This document shows positions 41,605 to 51,686 of a stretch of DNA of 64,000 nucleotides, one piece after another. The number at the start of each line of letters is the position of its first letter. Within the stretch, counting starts at the first letter, position 1. The stretch comes from an uncultured archaeon (lineage in GTDB: Archaea; Asgardarchaeota; Lokiarchaeia; Sigyniarchaeales; SOKP01), in the NCBI GenBank assembly GCA_964486045.1, contig CAZALK010000001.1:520242-584241 (forward strand). Direction: 5' to 3'. The notes beneath the pieces are model-generated. The model was not told the DNA's origin, made no database searches, and saw nothing but the letters and a program-made list of their open reading frames with translations. The translations under genes and the position numbers were made by a program.

Positions 41605-42042
41605 TTAAAAACAATACATAGGCTTTAGAAGATCATTATCTAACATACTAAATTCCTCGGGAGTAGCTCCATGCAGTAAGGCAAGATGCAGTAACTTCAT
41701 TTTTAAGTTTTCTAAAGGTATTATTCCTTTGTGTGTTTGAATCTCATTGAGTAAACTTTTTACCATTTCATTTACAGGGAAAAATGGGTCTCTAAGCATC
41801 CCAAAATATCCACCAAATGCTAAAAACATGTTCGCAATGAGATTAATATCTTCATCAGAATTTATCGAATAACAGTGAGTACAAATCACCTTGAAATGAA
41901 ATTCTTCAGAATAAAATGCATTTCCTTGCTTGATTTTCTTATGACAAATTCCACAACTCTCAAAATTATGGGATTCCCTTTCCAATTCTTTACTTCCAAT
42001 CATTTTATGATCACTCTCTTTTTTACATTTATTGTTAAACAA
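41605..42042 (-). CDS. Hypothetical Zn-finger protein
   Basis: CGIC..CTHC. Confidence 0.65.
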   Translation of the reverse strand: MFNNKCKKESDHKMIGSKELERESHNFESCGICHKKIKQGNAFYSEEFHFKVICTHCYSINSDEDINLIANMFLAFGGYFGMLRDPFFPVNEMVKSLLNEIQTHKGIIPLENLKMKLLHLALLHGATPEEFSMLDNDLLKPMYCF

Positions 42043-42205
42043 AGATCTATTTTATAGTTTCATTCTCGAAACTTTCCTTAAACTTTTAGATTTCTTTTAG
42101 ATTTCTTTAAAGGACTCAAATTCATCATTTCCAACCGTCAAGATTAAATTATGTTTAATTTCTAAAATTCTAAAATTTTAAAAGCTTAAAAAAAAAGAAT
42201 CTCAT

Positions 42206-42535
42206 ATGATAGCTAAAATCAATTTGGAGAGAAAAATTAAAGAGATTAACGGAAAACCATGGTCACCTATAGATATTACTCAGATAAATGACCAAGTAGT
42301 GAGATTGGCTCTAGTAAAAGGAGAATTTCATTGGCATAAGCACACAGATGAAGATGAACTTTTTTATGTTTTAAAAGGAAAAATCATTATCCAGCTAAAA
42401 GATCAACCCAATATAAATCTGAGTAAAGGAGAAATGGTAGTTATTCCCAAAGGAGTTGATCATTGCCCAAAAAGCTCAGAACCTTCTTATGTGTTATTAT
42501 TTGAACCATTAATTTTAAAAACTGCAGGAGATTAA
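42206..42535 (+). CDS. Cupin-domain protein
   Basis: GEFHWHKHTDEDELF, PKGVDHCP. Confidence 0.92.
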   Translation: MIAKINLERKIKEINGKPWSPIDITQINDQVVRLALVKGEFHWHKHTDEDELFYVLKGKIIIQLKDQPNINLSKGEMVVIPKGVDHCPKSSEPSYVLLFEPLILKTAGD

Positions 42536-42592
42536 AATCCTATCTTTTATAAATCTCAAAAAACTACAAAACTGATGGATTTCACGGTACAA

Positions 42593-42862
42593 TTAAAAGG
42601 AAGATTTTAATTCTTTTACTTCAGAATAGTCAACAGTTATTGAACTCTTTGTTTCGATAATTTCTCCAAGTATCAATACAGGTTTTTCTAAAAATTTATG
42701 CAACTCAGGGTCGTTCTCCCATGATTTTGTTTTTTTCCTCACAAGAATTTCCGACCACCGGTTTTTATACTCACCAATCGGCCTGATGTAATATTTTGGA
42801 CCTTCTGATCTTGAATCTTTTCCCACTATTACAGTGAAAAGTACACCTCTAATTTCGTCCAT
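42593..42862 (-). CDS. Hypothetical protein
   Basis: 89-aa ATG ORF directly downstream of the esterase gene. Confidence 0.7.
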   Translation of the reverse strand: MDEIRGVLFTVIVGKDSRSEGPKYYIRPIGEYKNRWSEILVRKKTKSWENDPELHKFLEKPVLILGEIIETKSSITVDYSEVKELKSSF

Positions 42863-42882
42863 AAGATAAACTAGTTTTATAA

Positions 42883-43860
42883 TTAAAGATATTTATGGAT
42901 AAATTCATTTACACTTTCATATGCCTTTCTACTTTCGGATAATTTATCTCCAAAATTTTGAAACACGTGAGACATGTTCTCATATACTTCAAGTTTAACA
43001 TTTATTCCAGCTATTTTTGCTCGTTCGGCTAGGGAGATTGAGTCGTCTAATAATGCTTCAATTCCACCAGCCTGAATTAGTAAAGGGGGCAATCCTTTTA
43101 GATCAGCAAATACAGGCGAAATTAAGGGACTACTAAGGGGCTCATTCTGGGCGTATGATTTAGCCATATTTTTCAATCCTTCCTTAATGAGTGGTTCATA
43201 TTTTTGGTTACTAATAAGAGATCTTCCGCTTCCTGTAAGATCTACCCATGGTGACATCAACACTCCTGCTGCAGGGAGTGATATTTTTAACTCTTTTAGT
43301 TTTAATAGAGTTGCAATTGTTAATCCGCCACCTGCCGATTCACCACCGATAATAATCTTTTCCGAGTCAAACCCTTTCGATAGTAACCATTTATAAGATT
43401 TAACAGAATCATTTAAAGCTGCCGGAAAAGGATATTCAGGAGCTAATCGGTATGCTATGTTCAAACAGCGTAAATGAGTGACTTTTGAAAGGTGATAAGG
43501 GATCGTTCGACGGCTTTCTAAAGTGCCCATGATATAGCCTCCCCCAAATAAATTAAGAAGCACATTATCTTCTTTAACTCCAGGAATGGAAATCCACTCA
43601 GCAGGGATGTGACCAATTTTAAATTGTTCTATATTTACATCTTTCGGGATATTTTTACTGCGCTCTTCTCCTAAGCTATTCGAAATATGTCGATTAAATT
43701 CTAACATGGTAATTCCATCTACATTTCCTGACGCTAAGTCTCTAAGCGGTATTCCTTTTTGAGTCGCAAACTCTCTAGCAATCTTTCTCCTTATTTCAAA
43801 ACTATCTTCTATTAATTTACCAAGTTCTTTATGAACTTTCGAGATTTCTTCATATGACAT
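42883..43860 (-). CDS. Alpha/beta hydrolase, hormone-sensitive-lipase family esterase
   Basis: FGGGY, YRLAPE, GESAGG, HVFQ. Confidence 0.93.
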   Translation of the reverse strand: MSYEEISKVHKELGKLIEDSFEIRRKIAREFATQKGIPLRDLASGNVDGITMLEFNRHISNSLGEERSKNIPKDVNIEQFKIGHIPAEWISIPGVKEDNVLLNLFGGGYIMGTLESRRTIPYHLSKVTHLRCLNIAYRLAPEYPFPAALNDSVKSYKWLLSKGFDSEKIIIGGESAGGGLTIATLLKLKELKISLPAAGVLMSPWVDLTGSGRSLISNQKYEPLIKEGLKNMAKSYAQNEPLSSPLISPVFADLKGLPPLLIQAGGIEALLDDSISLAERAKIAGINVKLEVYENMSHVFQNFGDKLSESRKAYESVNEFIHKYL

Positions 43861-43963
43861 TTTTACTATCCATACTCAATGTTACTTATTAAAGTGTAAA
43901 TCTAAAACTCACGATAATCCTTAATACTATAAAAGACCCAAGATATTAATAAAAACTTCTTAA

Positions 43964-44872
43964 TCATGAGATTTTTTTGGATTTTAAATCCTGTATTATT
44001 AGTTTAATTTGATTATAATCCTTCCAAATCCCATCAAATCGATTCTTCATACCGGTCTCCCAATTTGCCCCAATTTCGGTAAAAATGTAAAATATGTCAT
44101 TCTTGATTGCTTCAAATACAATATCTCCGGATTCATCAGGCGGAGTTCCTTTTTCCCATATTTTTGGAGCTTCTCTGACAAGTACTTCTGCTTCAGGATG
44201 ATTTTTTATAATTCTTTCAAAACTTGGAATATAATCTGGACCACTAAATTCTGCTGGACGATTTCTTTCGCTGGTTGTAATTTTGGTGTTTACAACTCCC
44301 GGACAAAGAACTGAAACACCTATTTTGGATCCAAAAAGAGGATTCGCGAAACCCGTCCTAAGACTTTCAGAAAGGGCCACTACTCCTTGTTTACTAACAC
44401 TATAAATCCCATTTATACCGTCTCCATGCATTAATCCCGCCATAGATGACGTATTAACAATATGACATTCATTATTTTGTTCAAGCATTATAGGAATAAA
44501 CGTTTGAATCCCATTAATTACACCCCATAAATTTACTCCTATAACCCACTTCCAATCAGATAAGACACACTCCCAAAGTGCACCTGGAACGGCAACTCCT
44601 GCATTATTGCATAATAAATGGACTTCTCCAAATGATTCAATTGTTTTTTGGGCTAATTTTTCAATATTTTCTAATTTTGAAACATCTGTCACTACTGATA
44701 TTACCTCAGCTCCTGCTGACTTTAATTCTTTTTCGGTTTGATGTAGAGCATCTTTTTCAATATCAGCCAATACCACTTTCATACCTTCTTTGATAGCTCT
44801 TCTGGTTATACCACGACCAATTCCACTTGCCGCACCAGTTATTACTGCCACTTTATCTTTAAATTCTCTCAT
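43964..44872 (-). CDS. Short-chain dehydrogenase/reductase
   Basis: TGAASGIG, NNAG, YSVSK. Confidence 0.95.
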   Translation of the reverse strand: MREFKDKVAVITGAASGIGRGITRRAIKEGMKVVLADIEKDALHQTEKELKSAGAEVISVVTDVSKLENIEKLAQKTIESFGEVHLLCNNAGVAVPGALWECVLSDWKWVIGVNLWGVINGIQTFIPIMLEQNNECHIVNTSSMAGLMHGDGINGIYSVSKQGVVALSESLRTGFANPLFGSKIGVSVLCPGVVNTKITTSERNRPAEFSGPDYIPSFERIIKNHPEAEVLVREAPKIWEKGTPPDESGDIVFEAIKNDIFYIFTEIGANWETGMKNRFDGIWKDYNQIKLIIQDLKSKKIS

Positions 44873-45057
44873 TAATTACAAACTTCTTCTTTACTTTTTT
44901 TATTATGTATTAATTTTTTACGTAATATAAACTAGATCTTGACTTTCAAAAGAAACAATTTCAAAAGTTTGCAGAACTTTAAGAAACTTTCCGATAAAAT
45001 AAGATTTTTTGAATATAGTACATATTTTATTACATAATTTTAAAAGAAAGATTAAGT

Positions 45058-45891
45058 ATGCCAATAGATTTAAACGCAATAGGTCAAACAAAGGAAATTG
45101 TCTTTGAATATAAATGGAGAGACGTTGTGCTCTATGCATTAGGGATTAGTGCTCAAACTAATGAATTACCATTTCTTTATGAAAGAACACAAGGAGGAGT
45201 AAAAGTGTTTCCAAGCTATGCCGTTATTGCTGGAGATGGTGAGGCTCCCTTTGAAAAGCTTGGAAGCGTCGAATGGGCTAAATTAATACATGGAGAGCAA
45301 TTTATAAAGCTTTATCGTCCATTTCCGTCACAAGGAAAAATAACAAGGAAGGGAACAATAACAAATATTTATGGTAAGGGAAGAAATGCAATAATTCAAT
45401 CAATAAGGCAAGGGTTTAATGAGAAAGGAGAACATATATTTGATGCAAAATGGGTACATATTTTATTAGATGGTGGTGGATTTGGTGGAGAATCTGGGCC
45501 AAAAGCCCAATCTTTGAAACCTCCAGAGGGAGTTAAGCCTGATTTTAGTATATCTTATAAAACTACCGAGAATCAAGCTGCTATATACAGACTTAACTGA
45601 GATCTCAATCCTTTACATTTAGATCCCAGTTATGCTAAATTGAGTGGTAGATTTAATGAGCCTATTCTTCATGGGTTATGTACATATGGTTTTGCTGCTC
45701 GAGCAATATTATATGGAGCTTGTGAAGGCGATGTGAATCGGTTTAAAGAATTTAGTGCAAGATTTTAACTACCGGTTTATCCTGGTGACATAATTACTAC
45801 AGAAGGCTGGAAAGATAACGGACGATTTATTATTCAAGCTCATACAGGGAAAGATGTAGTAATAAGCAATGGTTATGCAATTGTAGAATAA
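45058..45891 (+). pseudogene. Double-hotdog (R)-enoyl-CoA hydratase 2 (MFE-2/MaoC type) with two in-frame stops
   Basis: YRLN*DLNPLHLDP (TGA 45598-45600 at the Gly position), PILHGLCTYG, ARF*LPVYPG (TAA 45766-45768); frame ends at 45891. Confidence 0.93.
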
Positions 45892-45990
45892 TTTAAGCTC
45901 CTAGACGGGGAATCTAAACGAAAATTGCCGATTATAAAAGCTTATTAGATTAAGGATCAATTTAGGATAATTTACCTTAATTCAAATTCA

Positions 45991-46830
45991 TTGATCGAAA
46001 CCTATTTAGATTTCAAATACTTAGATTGTTCTATGGTGAATGAAAGCTTAAGATCAGTTCGGGTGTCACCAGAGAATGAGTCAATGTTCTATAATCACAT
46101 TAAAAATAACTTCGCAGACTATTTTTTTTTCCATGTTGACTATGCTCAATATCCAGAAAGAACTGAAATATATATAGCGCTAGATAATGAAGAAAAAATT
46201 CAAGGAATGGTCCTAATCTGGAAAAATATCAAACGAAGAATTCAATTGAGAGGATCTCTTACAAGTCTTGAATTTTTATTAAATCGACTGAATCTTAATC
46301 CGATATCTGTTACTGGATTTGATAACCATAAAAAGGTGATTGCAAAATTCTTTCCAGATTATAAAATAGAAATTGCACTATATCGTATGGGTTTGAAAAA
46401 AGGAGATCAAAAAAATTTTGAGAATTACAAATTCAAAAACCTCTCTGAATCTCATAGAGAAGAGATTACTTCGTTGATGAGAATTGCAGATCCTATTTAC
46501 TGGGGTTCACGCAATCCAGAAGATATCCTGATTGATGAAAATAATGTTTGGTATGGTTTAATTGAAAAAAAAGAGTTGATAAGTATTGTGGCGATATGGA
46601 AATATCAAAGTGTAGGGTATTTCACTATTGTTGGGACTCATCCAGATTACTGGAACCAAGGATTTGCCAGTTCACTAATCTCTTCAGCATTAAAAGAAAT
46701 ATTTCGAGACAAAAAACAATCTTTTATTATGGTAAGGGTAGCCAATGCTCCTGCTATCCATACTTATGAAAAATTAGGTTTTTCGATTTGTAATACTCAT
46801 TATTCTTATGAGAGATTGAAGTTTTCATAA
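45991..46830 (+). CDS. GNAT family N-acetyltransferase
   Basis: VGTHPDYWNQGFAS and NAPAIHTYEKLGF. Confidence 0.88.
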   Translation: MIETYLDFKYLDCSMVNESLRSVRVSPENESMFYNHIKNNFADYFFFHVDYAQYPERTEIYIALDNEEKIQGMVLIWKNIKRRIQLRGSLTSLEFLLNRLNLNPISVTGFDNHKKVIAKFFPDYKIEIALYRMGLKKGDQKNFENYKFKNLSESHREEITSLMRIADPIYWGSRNPEDILIDENNVWYGLIEKKELISIVAIWKYQSVGYFTIVGTHPDYWNQGFASSLISSALKEIFRDKKQSFIMVRVANAPAIHTYEKLGFSICNTHYSYERLKFS

Positions 46831-46945
46831 TAAAATCTAATCTCGAGAACTTACACCCTACTACACACCTAATCATAATAACTAGCCATCCAACAAAATG
46901 AATTGTAATAAGAAATTTTAAATATAAAAACGATTTTTCATTGAA

Positions 46946-46974
46946 TTTTCATTGAAGGCAGACTCTGAATTTAC
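46946..46974 (+). repeat. 29-nt direct repeat, copy 1 (left of the GC-rich hydrolase)
   Basis: ttttcattgaaggcagactctgaatttac matches 47968-47996 at 25/29. Confidence 0.7.
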
Positions 46975-47035
46975 TCTTCAAGGATTATTAAAAACCAAGC
47001 GAACACTATAATAATGATTTTATATAAACTAGAAT

Positions 47036-47869
47036 ATGAATCGTATCCAAATTAAAGCTCGTGGATTCACATTTGATGCCTGGTCAGCTGGACCTAAAGA
47101 GGGACCGTTGATACTATTACTGCATGGTTTGCCCCGAACGAGCTGGGAGTGGCACCATCAGTTGGCGAAATTAGGCGAGGCGGGGTTCAGAGCTGTTGCG
47201 CCTGATCTGAGGGGTTACTGTCCAGGTGCGAGACCTGAAGGTGTGAAGGCATATGTTGTAGATGAATTTGTTCAAGATATCCTGGCAATCGCAAACCATC
47301 TTGGATGGACAGATCGTCCCTTTCATCTTATGGCTACCAGTATTGGATCTGTGATCGCATGGTGGCTTGCTGGAAACTATCCACAACGGGTAGCAACGCT
47401 GGCTTGCATTAACATTCCACATCATATGGCACTCCTTGAGGTGATGGAGACAAAGGCGGCGGATAAACTACGAAAAGGGTTTAGCTATTTTTCTAATTTC
47501 AGAAAGGAAGGCATGGAATTGAAAAATTTTGAGGACTCAATTAAACGCATAGGATTGCCAGCCGAAGAAACCAATCCCTATCGTAAGGCGCTCAGCAGCG
47601 AAGAAGCACTTCGAGCTGTTTTTCACTGGTATCGGGCACTACCCTCATGGTCGTCTCAACCATTAAAGTCAGTTGTCATGCCCACTCTATATATCTGGCC
47701 CCGAAATGCTGGCAATGTGACAAAAGAGGCGGCTGAGGCGAATGCGCATTATGTTAAGGGACCATATCGATTCGAGATCCTCGAAATTGCGCTCAATTGG
47801 GCACTTCAAACGGAGCCTGAGAAAATAACCCACCTATTGCTTGAGCATCTGGCGGAACACGCCCAATAA
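47036..47869 (+). CDS. Epoxide-hydrolase-like alpha/beta hydrolase, GC-rich
   Basis: LLHGLP, APDLRGY and HWYRA motifs; catalytic positions atypical. Confidence 0.85.
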   Translation: MNRIQIKARGFTFDAWSAGPKEGPLILLLHGLPRTSWEWHHQLAKLGEAGFRAVAPDLRGYCPGARPEGVKAYVVDEFVQDILAIANHLGWTDRPFHLMATSIGSVIAWWLAGNYPQRVATLACINIPHHMALLEVMETKAADKLRKGFSYFSNFRKEGMELKNFEDSIKRIGLPAEETNPYRKALSSEEALRAVFHWYRALPSWSSQPLKSVVMPTLYIWPRNAGNVTKEAAEANAHYVKGPYRFEILEIALNWALQTEPEKITHLLLEHLAEHAQ

Positions 47870-47967
47870 AACGATGTGTTGCCCCTCCCTAAAAACTTCG
47901 ACAAATGATATAAGATCTTAGATTATTACATAATTATTTTTTGGTTAAAATTCCTTTTTCAAAGGAT

Positions 47968-48068
47968 TTTTCATCGAAATCAGACGCTGAATTTACCTTT
48001 CCATCAAAATAAAAAAAATAATCAAAATAAGAAAAAGAAAAAATTATATCCGCTCAGGAACATACTCC
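47968..48068 (+). repeat. Degenerate copy of the 23S distal trailer and terminator region
   Basis: gaaatcaga..ctga.tttac motif, A-tract, then atccgctcaggaacatactcc (48048-48068) identical to 50248-50268. Confidence 0.85.
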
Positions 48069-48337
48069 TTTAAGGCAATCGAAAATGTACCTACTCTCAT
48101 CCAAATGCCCATCGAAAGTTAATAAGTGAATAAGTGAATTAAAAAATTGAGAAGGGAACACTACTCCTCTCAGCAAAAAAAGAGTAGCGCCCATGAAACC
48201 TCATTTTGTTCAAATACATCCCTTGCACACATCTTCAAGGAAATATCCATAACTCTCTTATATACACTATACTGGACAAAACTACTATATAAAATTAGCT
48301 CAACTATAAAAAAATTAAAAAAAAAAACCGCCAATAT

Positions 48338-48478
48338 ATGAGACCTGCTCTCAAAAAACTAGTTTCAAATGGTTTTATTATTATACGTCCAGGGAGTAAG
48401 GAAACAAGTTATTATTTAAGCTCAGATGGGTTAAAAGCATGTAATTTATTGAAAAAAGAGCTTGAAAATAGTATTTAA
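48338..48478 (+). pseudogene. Possible remnant of a winged-helix protein
   Basis: MRPALKKLVSNGFIIIRPGSKETSYYLSSDGLKAC resembles recognition helix plus wing; upstream frame is closed. Confidence 0.4.
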
Positions 48479-48564
48479 ACCTGAAATTTACAGTTTATAA
48501 TGAAATAACACCATACAAAATATTTTGTATCTTTGTTTGGCTAAAAAAAAGTTTGGAGGATTGA

Positions 48565-48849
48565 TTGAGAATGTTTATTTTAAGAGCTGCTAATCAAATA
48601 AGGAGGAAAAAAGCTCTTGAGAATAAATGGTTTTTGTATGAGATTATCGATAAGAATCCTGGTATGACTATCTACAACTTAAGCAAGAAAATAAATTGGA
48701 CGCCTGGCAAATTAAAATATTATATTCAAAAATTAGTAAAAGATGGAATGATAAAGAACTCAACAAAGAACATCAATGGAAGAACTCAGAAAAGATATTA
48801 TGGAAAAACCATAAAAGAGTTTATTAATTGGGAAGAATGGGATAAATAA
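48565..48849 (+). CDS. Winged helix-turn-helix protein
   Basis: NPGMTIYNLSKKINWTPGKLKYYIQKLVKDGMI..KRYY. Confidence 0.82.
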   Translation: MRMFILRAANQIRRKKALENKWFLYEIIDKNPGMTIYNLSKKINWTPGKLKYYIQKLVKDGMIKNSTKNINGRTQKRYYGKTIKEFINWEEWDK

Positions 48850-48964
48850 AATTTCACTATTTTTCTTTTTTCTATTTTTTGTGAATCTCACTACAAAATA
48901 ATGTTATTGATTTGAAAAAGTGAAAAATTTTATTAATAAATAAATTTTCTAACTGTTCTATGCC

Positions 48965-49783
48965 TTAAGTCTTATTAATACGCAAAAAGAATATCTTTTC
49001 TTCTCCATCTCCTAATAATTCTCTTCTAATCGCTATTTTTTCACCGATAGAATCTAAAATAGTCCGGATATATGATGGACCTCCAATTATCCTGTAAAGA
49101 AACAACGACTTGGAATTATTGTCAATAGAATTTAGATGTATTTCAACTCCTACTACATCTGTCCCAAAAAAATTCTCTTTATTATATTTTACATGAACAA
49201 GCTCTACATCAGTTAAAATTATATCTCGTTGCTTTTCTAAAAATTCCTTAGGATGTCTTGAAGTATCAATTCTGAGGTTATTAAGAGATTTCAAAATCCA
49301 ACGTCTATTAGTCAAAACAAAGGTATCATGATATTTCCACAGTTCTCGATGCGAGATAATCGCTTCTCTTTTGATTTTCACATAATTTTTCAACCCTCTC
49401 CCTATCAAATATGATGTAAAAATTACAAAGAAAATATCAGACACCACAAATATAAACGATACATCAGATGATAAGAAAAACGTAAAAAATAGAGAAACGA
49501 TCACAGCTGGAAGCCCAAAAACAAATCCACCTTGCAACCTACTATAAGCATCATTTAAGAAATTACTTTTCTGAGTGAACCTAAATAAAATTTCTTCCTT
49601 AGGACTTAAGAATCCCTCGAGACCTTGTATTTCAGCATCTAACACCTTATTATAGTTATCAACAGATTTTTTTCTAATGTGCCTTAGGATATGTGTGGTT
49701 GGGAAAGATTTTTCACATTTTGGACAGTTCTTCATCCAATCATCCAATTTTGCTCCACAGATGAAACAATATTTTACCGTCAT
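48965..49783 (-). CDS. Zinc-ribbon plus 2-TM membrane protein
   Basis: N-terminal CFICG..CPKC, two hydrophobic helices, soluble C-terminal domain (FVLTNRR). Confidence 0.78.
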   Translation of the reverse strand: MTVKYCFICGAKLDDWMKNCPKCEKSFPTTHILRHIRKKSVDNYNKVLDAEIQGLEGFLSPKEEILFRFTQKSNFLNDAYSRLQGGFVFGLPAVIVSLFFTFFLSSDVSFIFVVSDIFFVIFTSYLIGRGLKNYVKIKREAIISHRELWKYHDTFVLTNRRWILKSLNNLRIDTSRHPKEFLEKQRDIILTDVELVHVKYNKENFFGTDVVGVEIHLNSIDNNSKSLFLYRIIGGPSYIRTILDSIGEKIAIRRELLGDGEEKIFFLRINKT

Positions 49784-49818
49784 TTCTTTCTAATTGAATT
49801 AATATTCTCAGGAATATA

Positions 49819-49846
49819 CTCAGGAACATACTCCCACACCTTACTC
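49819..49846 (+). repeat. Second copy of the 23S trailer core
   Basis: ctcaggaacatactcccacaccttactc identical to 50253-50280; preceded by a tandem partial copy tattctcaggaa. Confidence 0.9.
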
Positions 49847-50249
49847 GCTTCCCATCAAACCAACCTATTCTTCGGTATCCATAGATTTTCTTTCAAAATT
49901 GGTACTGATCAAATCGGCCTCGGGGTCATTTTCTCGATTATGGGGGTGTTTACGTTTATAATATTGGCTATTAATCCAATTCTTTTCGAAATTGTTTATG
50001 TAGTTTCACTCGTGGAAGGAGTAGGCCTTTTAATTGCTGGAATTATTTTGATTATTAATGGTGCTTTAATTGAAAAAAGAAGTAATTGATTAGCATATTT
50101 TTACAATTAGCAGCTTAATTTCCTAACTTAATTTGGAGTAGTTTATAGTTTTTAACTAGTTTTTCCATTTCAAATTCCCTTGAAATCAGAATCTGATTTT
50201 ACTTTTTTATTAAAATAAGAAAAAATAGAAAAAGAAAATAAAACAAAAT

Positions 50250-50378
50250 CCGCTCAGGAACATACTCCCACACCTTACTCACTTCACTTCTTATCAAACA
50301 ATCAGCCATGATTACCTTACCATACCGCAATACACTTCAATAAACCCTTACGCGCTAAGCCTGAACCTTATGCTCCTC
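50250..50378 (-). other. 3' arm of the pre-23S processing stem with BHB half-site
   Basis: Complementary to 53833-53972; AAGGTTCAG-GCTT-AGC-GC. Confidence 0.85.
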
Positions 50379-50977
50379 TTTCGACAGCCATACACTCGTG
50401 CTGTTGAGAGTAGCGGGCTGAATAGGTCGCCCGTAAGCTCCCTACGTACACCCCTACCTCACCAACCCCGTCTTTTACGGGGGCACTCGTCTCGATTCCG
50501 CAGTTCACGTCACCGCGCCCTGCTCTCGTTATCAACGCTTATAACCCATTACAATTATGGCTTTATACTACATGCTTTTGGCAAAGCTCAATCATCAAGG
50601 TCTCCCCCAATAATTTAAACTTCACCTCTACACTCCGAACTGACTTCCGGCTTTCACAGGACTGCCTTGTCAATTCAACCAACTGCAATACGCTAAAAAG
50701 CGCCTAACATTATTGATCGAGATTGGCTGACTATTTTCGGGTCCGGCTTCGTGCTTAGATGCTTTCAGCACTTATCCGTTAGCGCGTGGCTGCCCAGCAA
50801 TACCTTGTCAGATAACTGGTACACTAGTGGCGCCGGCAAAATGTTCCTCTCGTACTGATTTTCCCTTACCCTCAGTCAACCTACAAGCCCAGCAGATAGA
50901 ATCCGACCTGACTCACGTCGGTCTGAACCCAGCTCACGTTCCCTTTTAATGGGCGTACAGCCCCACCCTTGGAAGTT

Positions 50978-51020
50978 GTGCACCCGGCATTAAAACCGTT
51001 TTAACGGCCCCAAAACCGGT
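50978..51020 (-). other. Putative 43-nt BHB intron in 23S helix 91 loop
   Basis: GCAC-AT|A-CCGG...CCGG-GTGC-AC|A. Confidence 0.75.
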
Positions 51021-51629
51021 ATGTGCGCTCCCAGGATAGGAAGAGCCGACATCGAGGAAGCAAGCCACGAGGTCGATAGGAACTCTTGCTCGTGACAACT
51101 CTGTTACCCCCGGGGTAATTTTTCTATCACCTTAACCACCCACACGAGGTTAGTTAAGGATCGCTAGACCAGGCGTTAGCCTCAGGATTCCTTGGTGATC
51201 AGAATCCAGTCAGACCAGCTTTTGCTCTTAAACTCTTCAGCGGATTCCTGACCCGCTTGAGCTGATCATTGGTTACTCTAGATATTTTTTCTAGAGTGAG
51301 CCGCCCCAGCCAAACTGCCCACCTGCGGATGTCCAACACGTTTTGTGCCGTTAGCGATTTCAGAAAGGAAGGCCGGTATTCCATTTGTGCTCCACCGTGA
51401 CCGAAATCACGGCATCTCCGCTACCGACTATACTCTGCATTCAGTCCAAAACCGCAACAACAGGCTGCAGTAAAACTCCACGGGGTCTACTCGTCCCGCT
51501 GGGCTTCTCCGGTCCGTTCGCCGGAGTGTAATTTCAATCGTCAGAAGGCTGGGACAATGGGGAGAACGTTGGACCATTCATGCACGTCTGAACTTACCAG
51601 ACAAGGCATTTGGCTACCTTAAGAGAGTT

Positions 51630-51686
51630 CTAACTCCGTCTGTCGGAATGACGCGATTTACGCTATTGGAATGATGATAAGACGGT
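51630..51686 (-). other. 57-nt BHB intron in 23S helix 69 (after E. coli position 1917)
   Basis: GGGAGT-AACT-AT|A-CCGTCT...AGACGG-AGTT-AG|A-ACTCTC; excision restores the conserved H69. Confidence 0.92.

Noticed and set aside
45598-45600. In-frame TGA as selenocysteine or a recoded stop
   Set aside because: It aligns to a conserved Gly, not Cys; a second in-frame TAA follows; other genes here end in TGA normally
49691-50089. 132-aa ORF as an intact gene
   Set aside because: Its 5' half overlaps the opposite-strand gene and reads through the trailer repeat; only the hydrophobic 3' part looks like a gene remnant
46946-50280. CRISPR array or classical integron
   Set aside because: The repeats are few, irregularly spaced by 0.4-1.8 kb and derived from the rRNA trailer; I saw no cas or intI gene and no clear attC pattern
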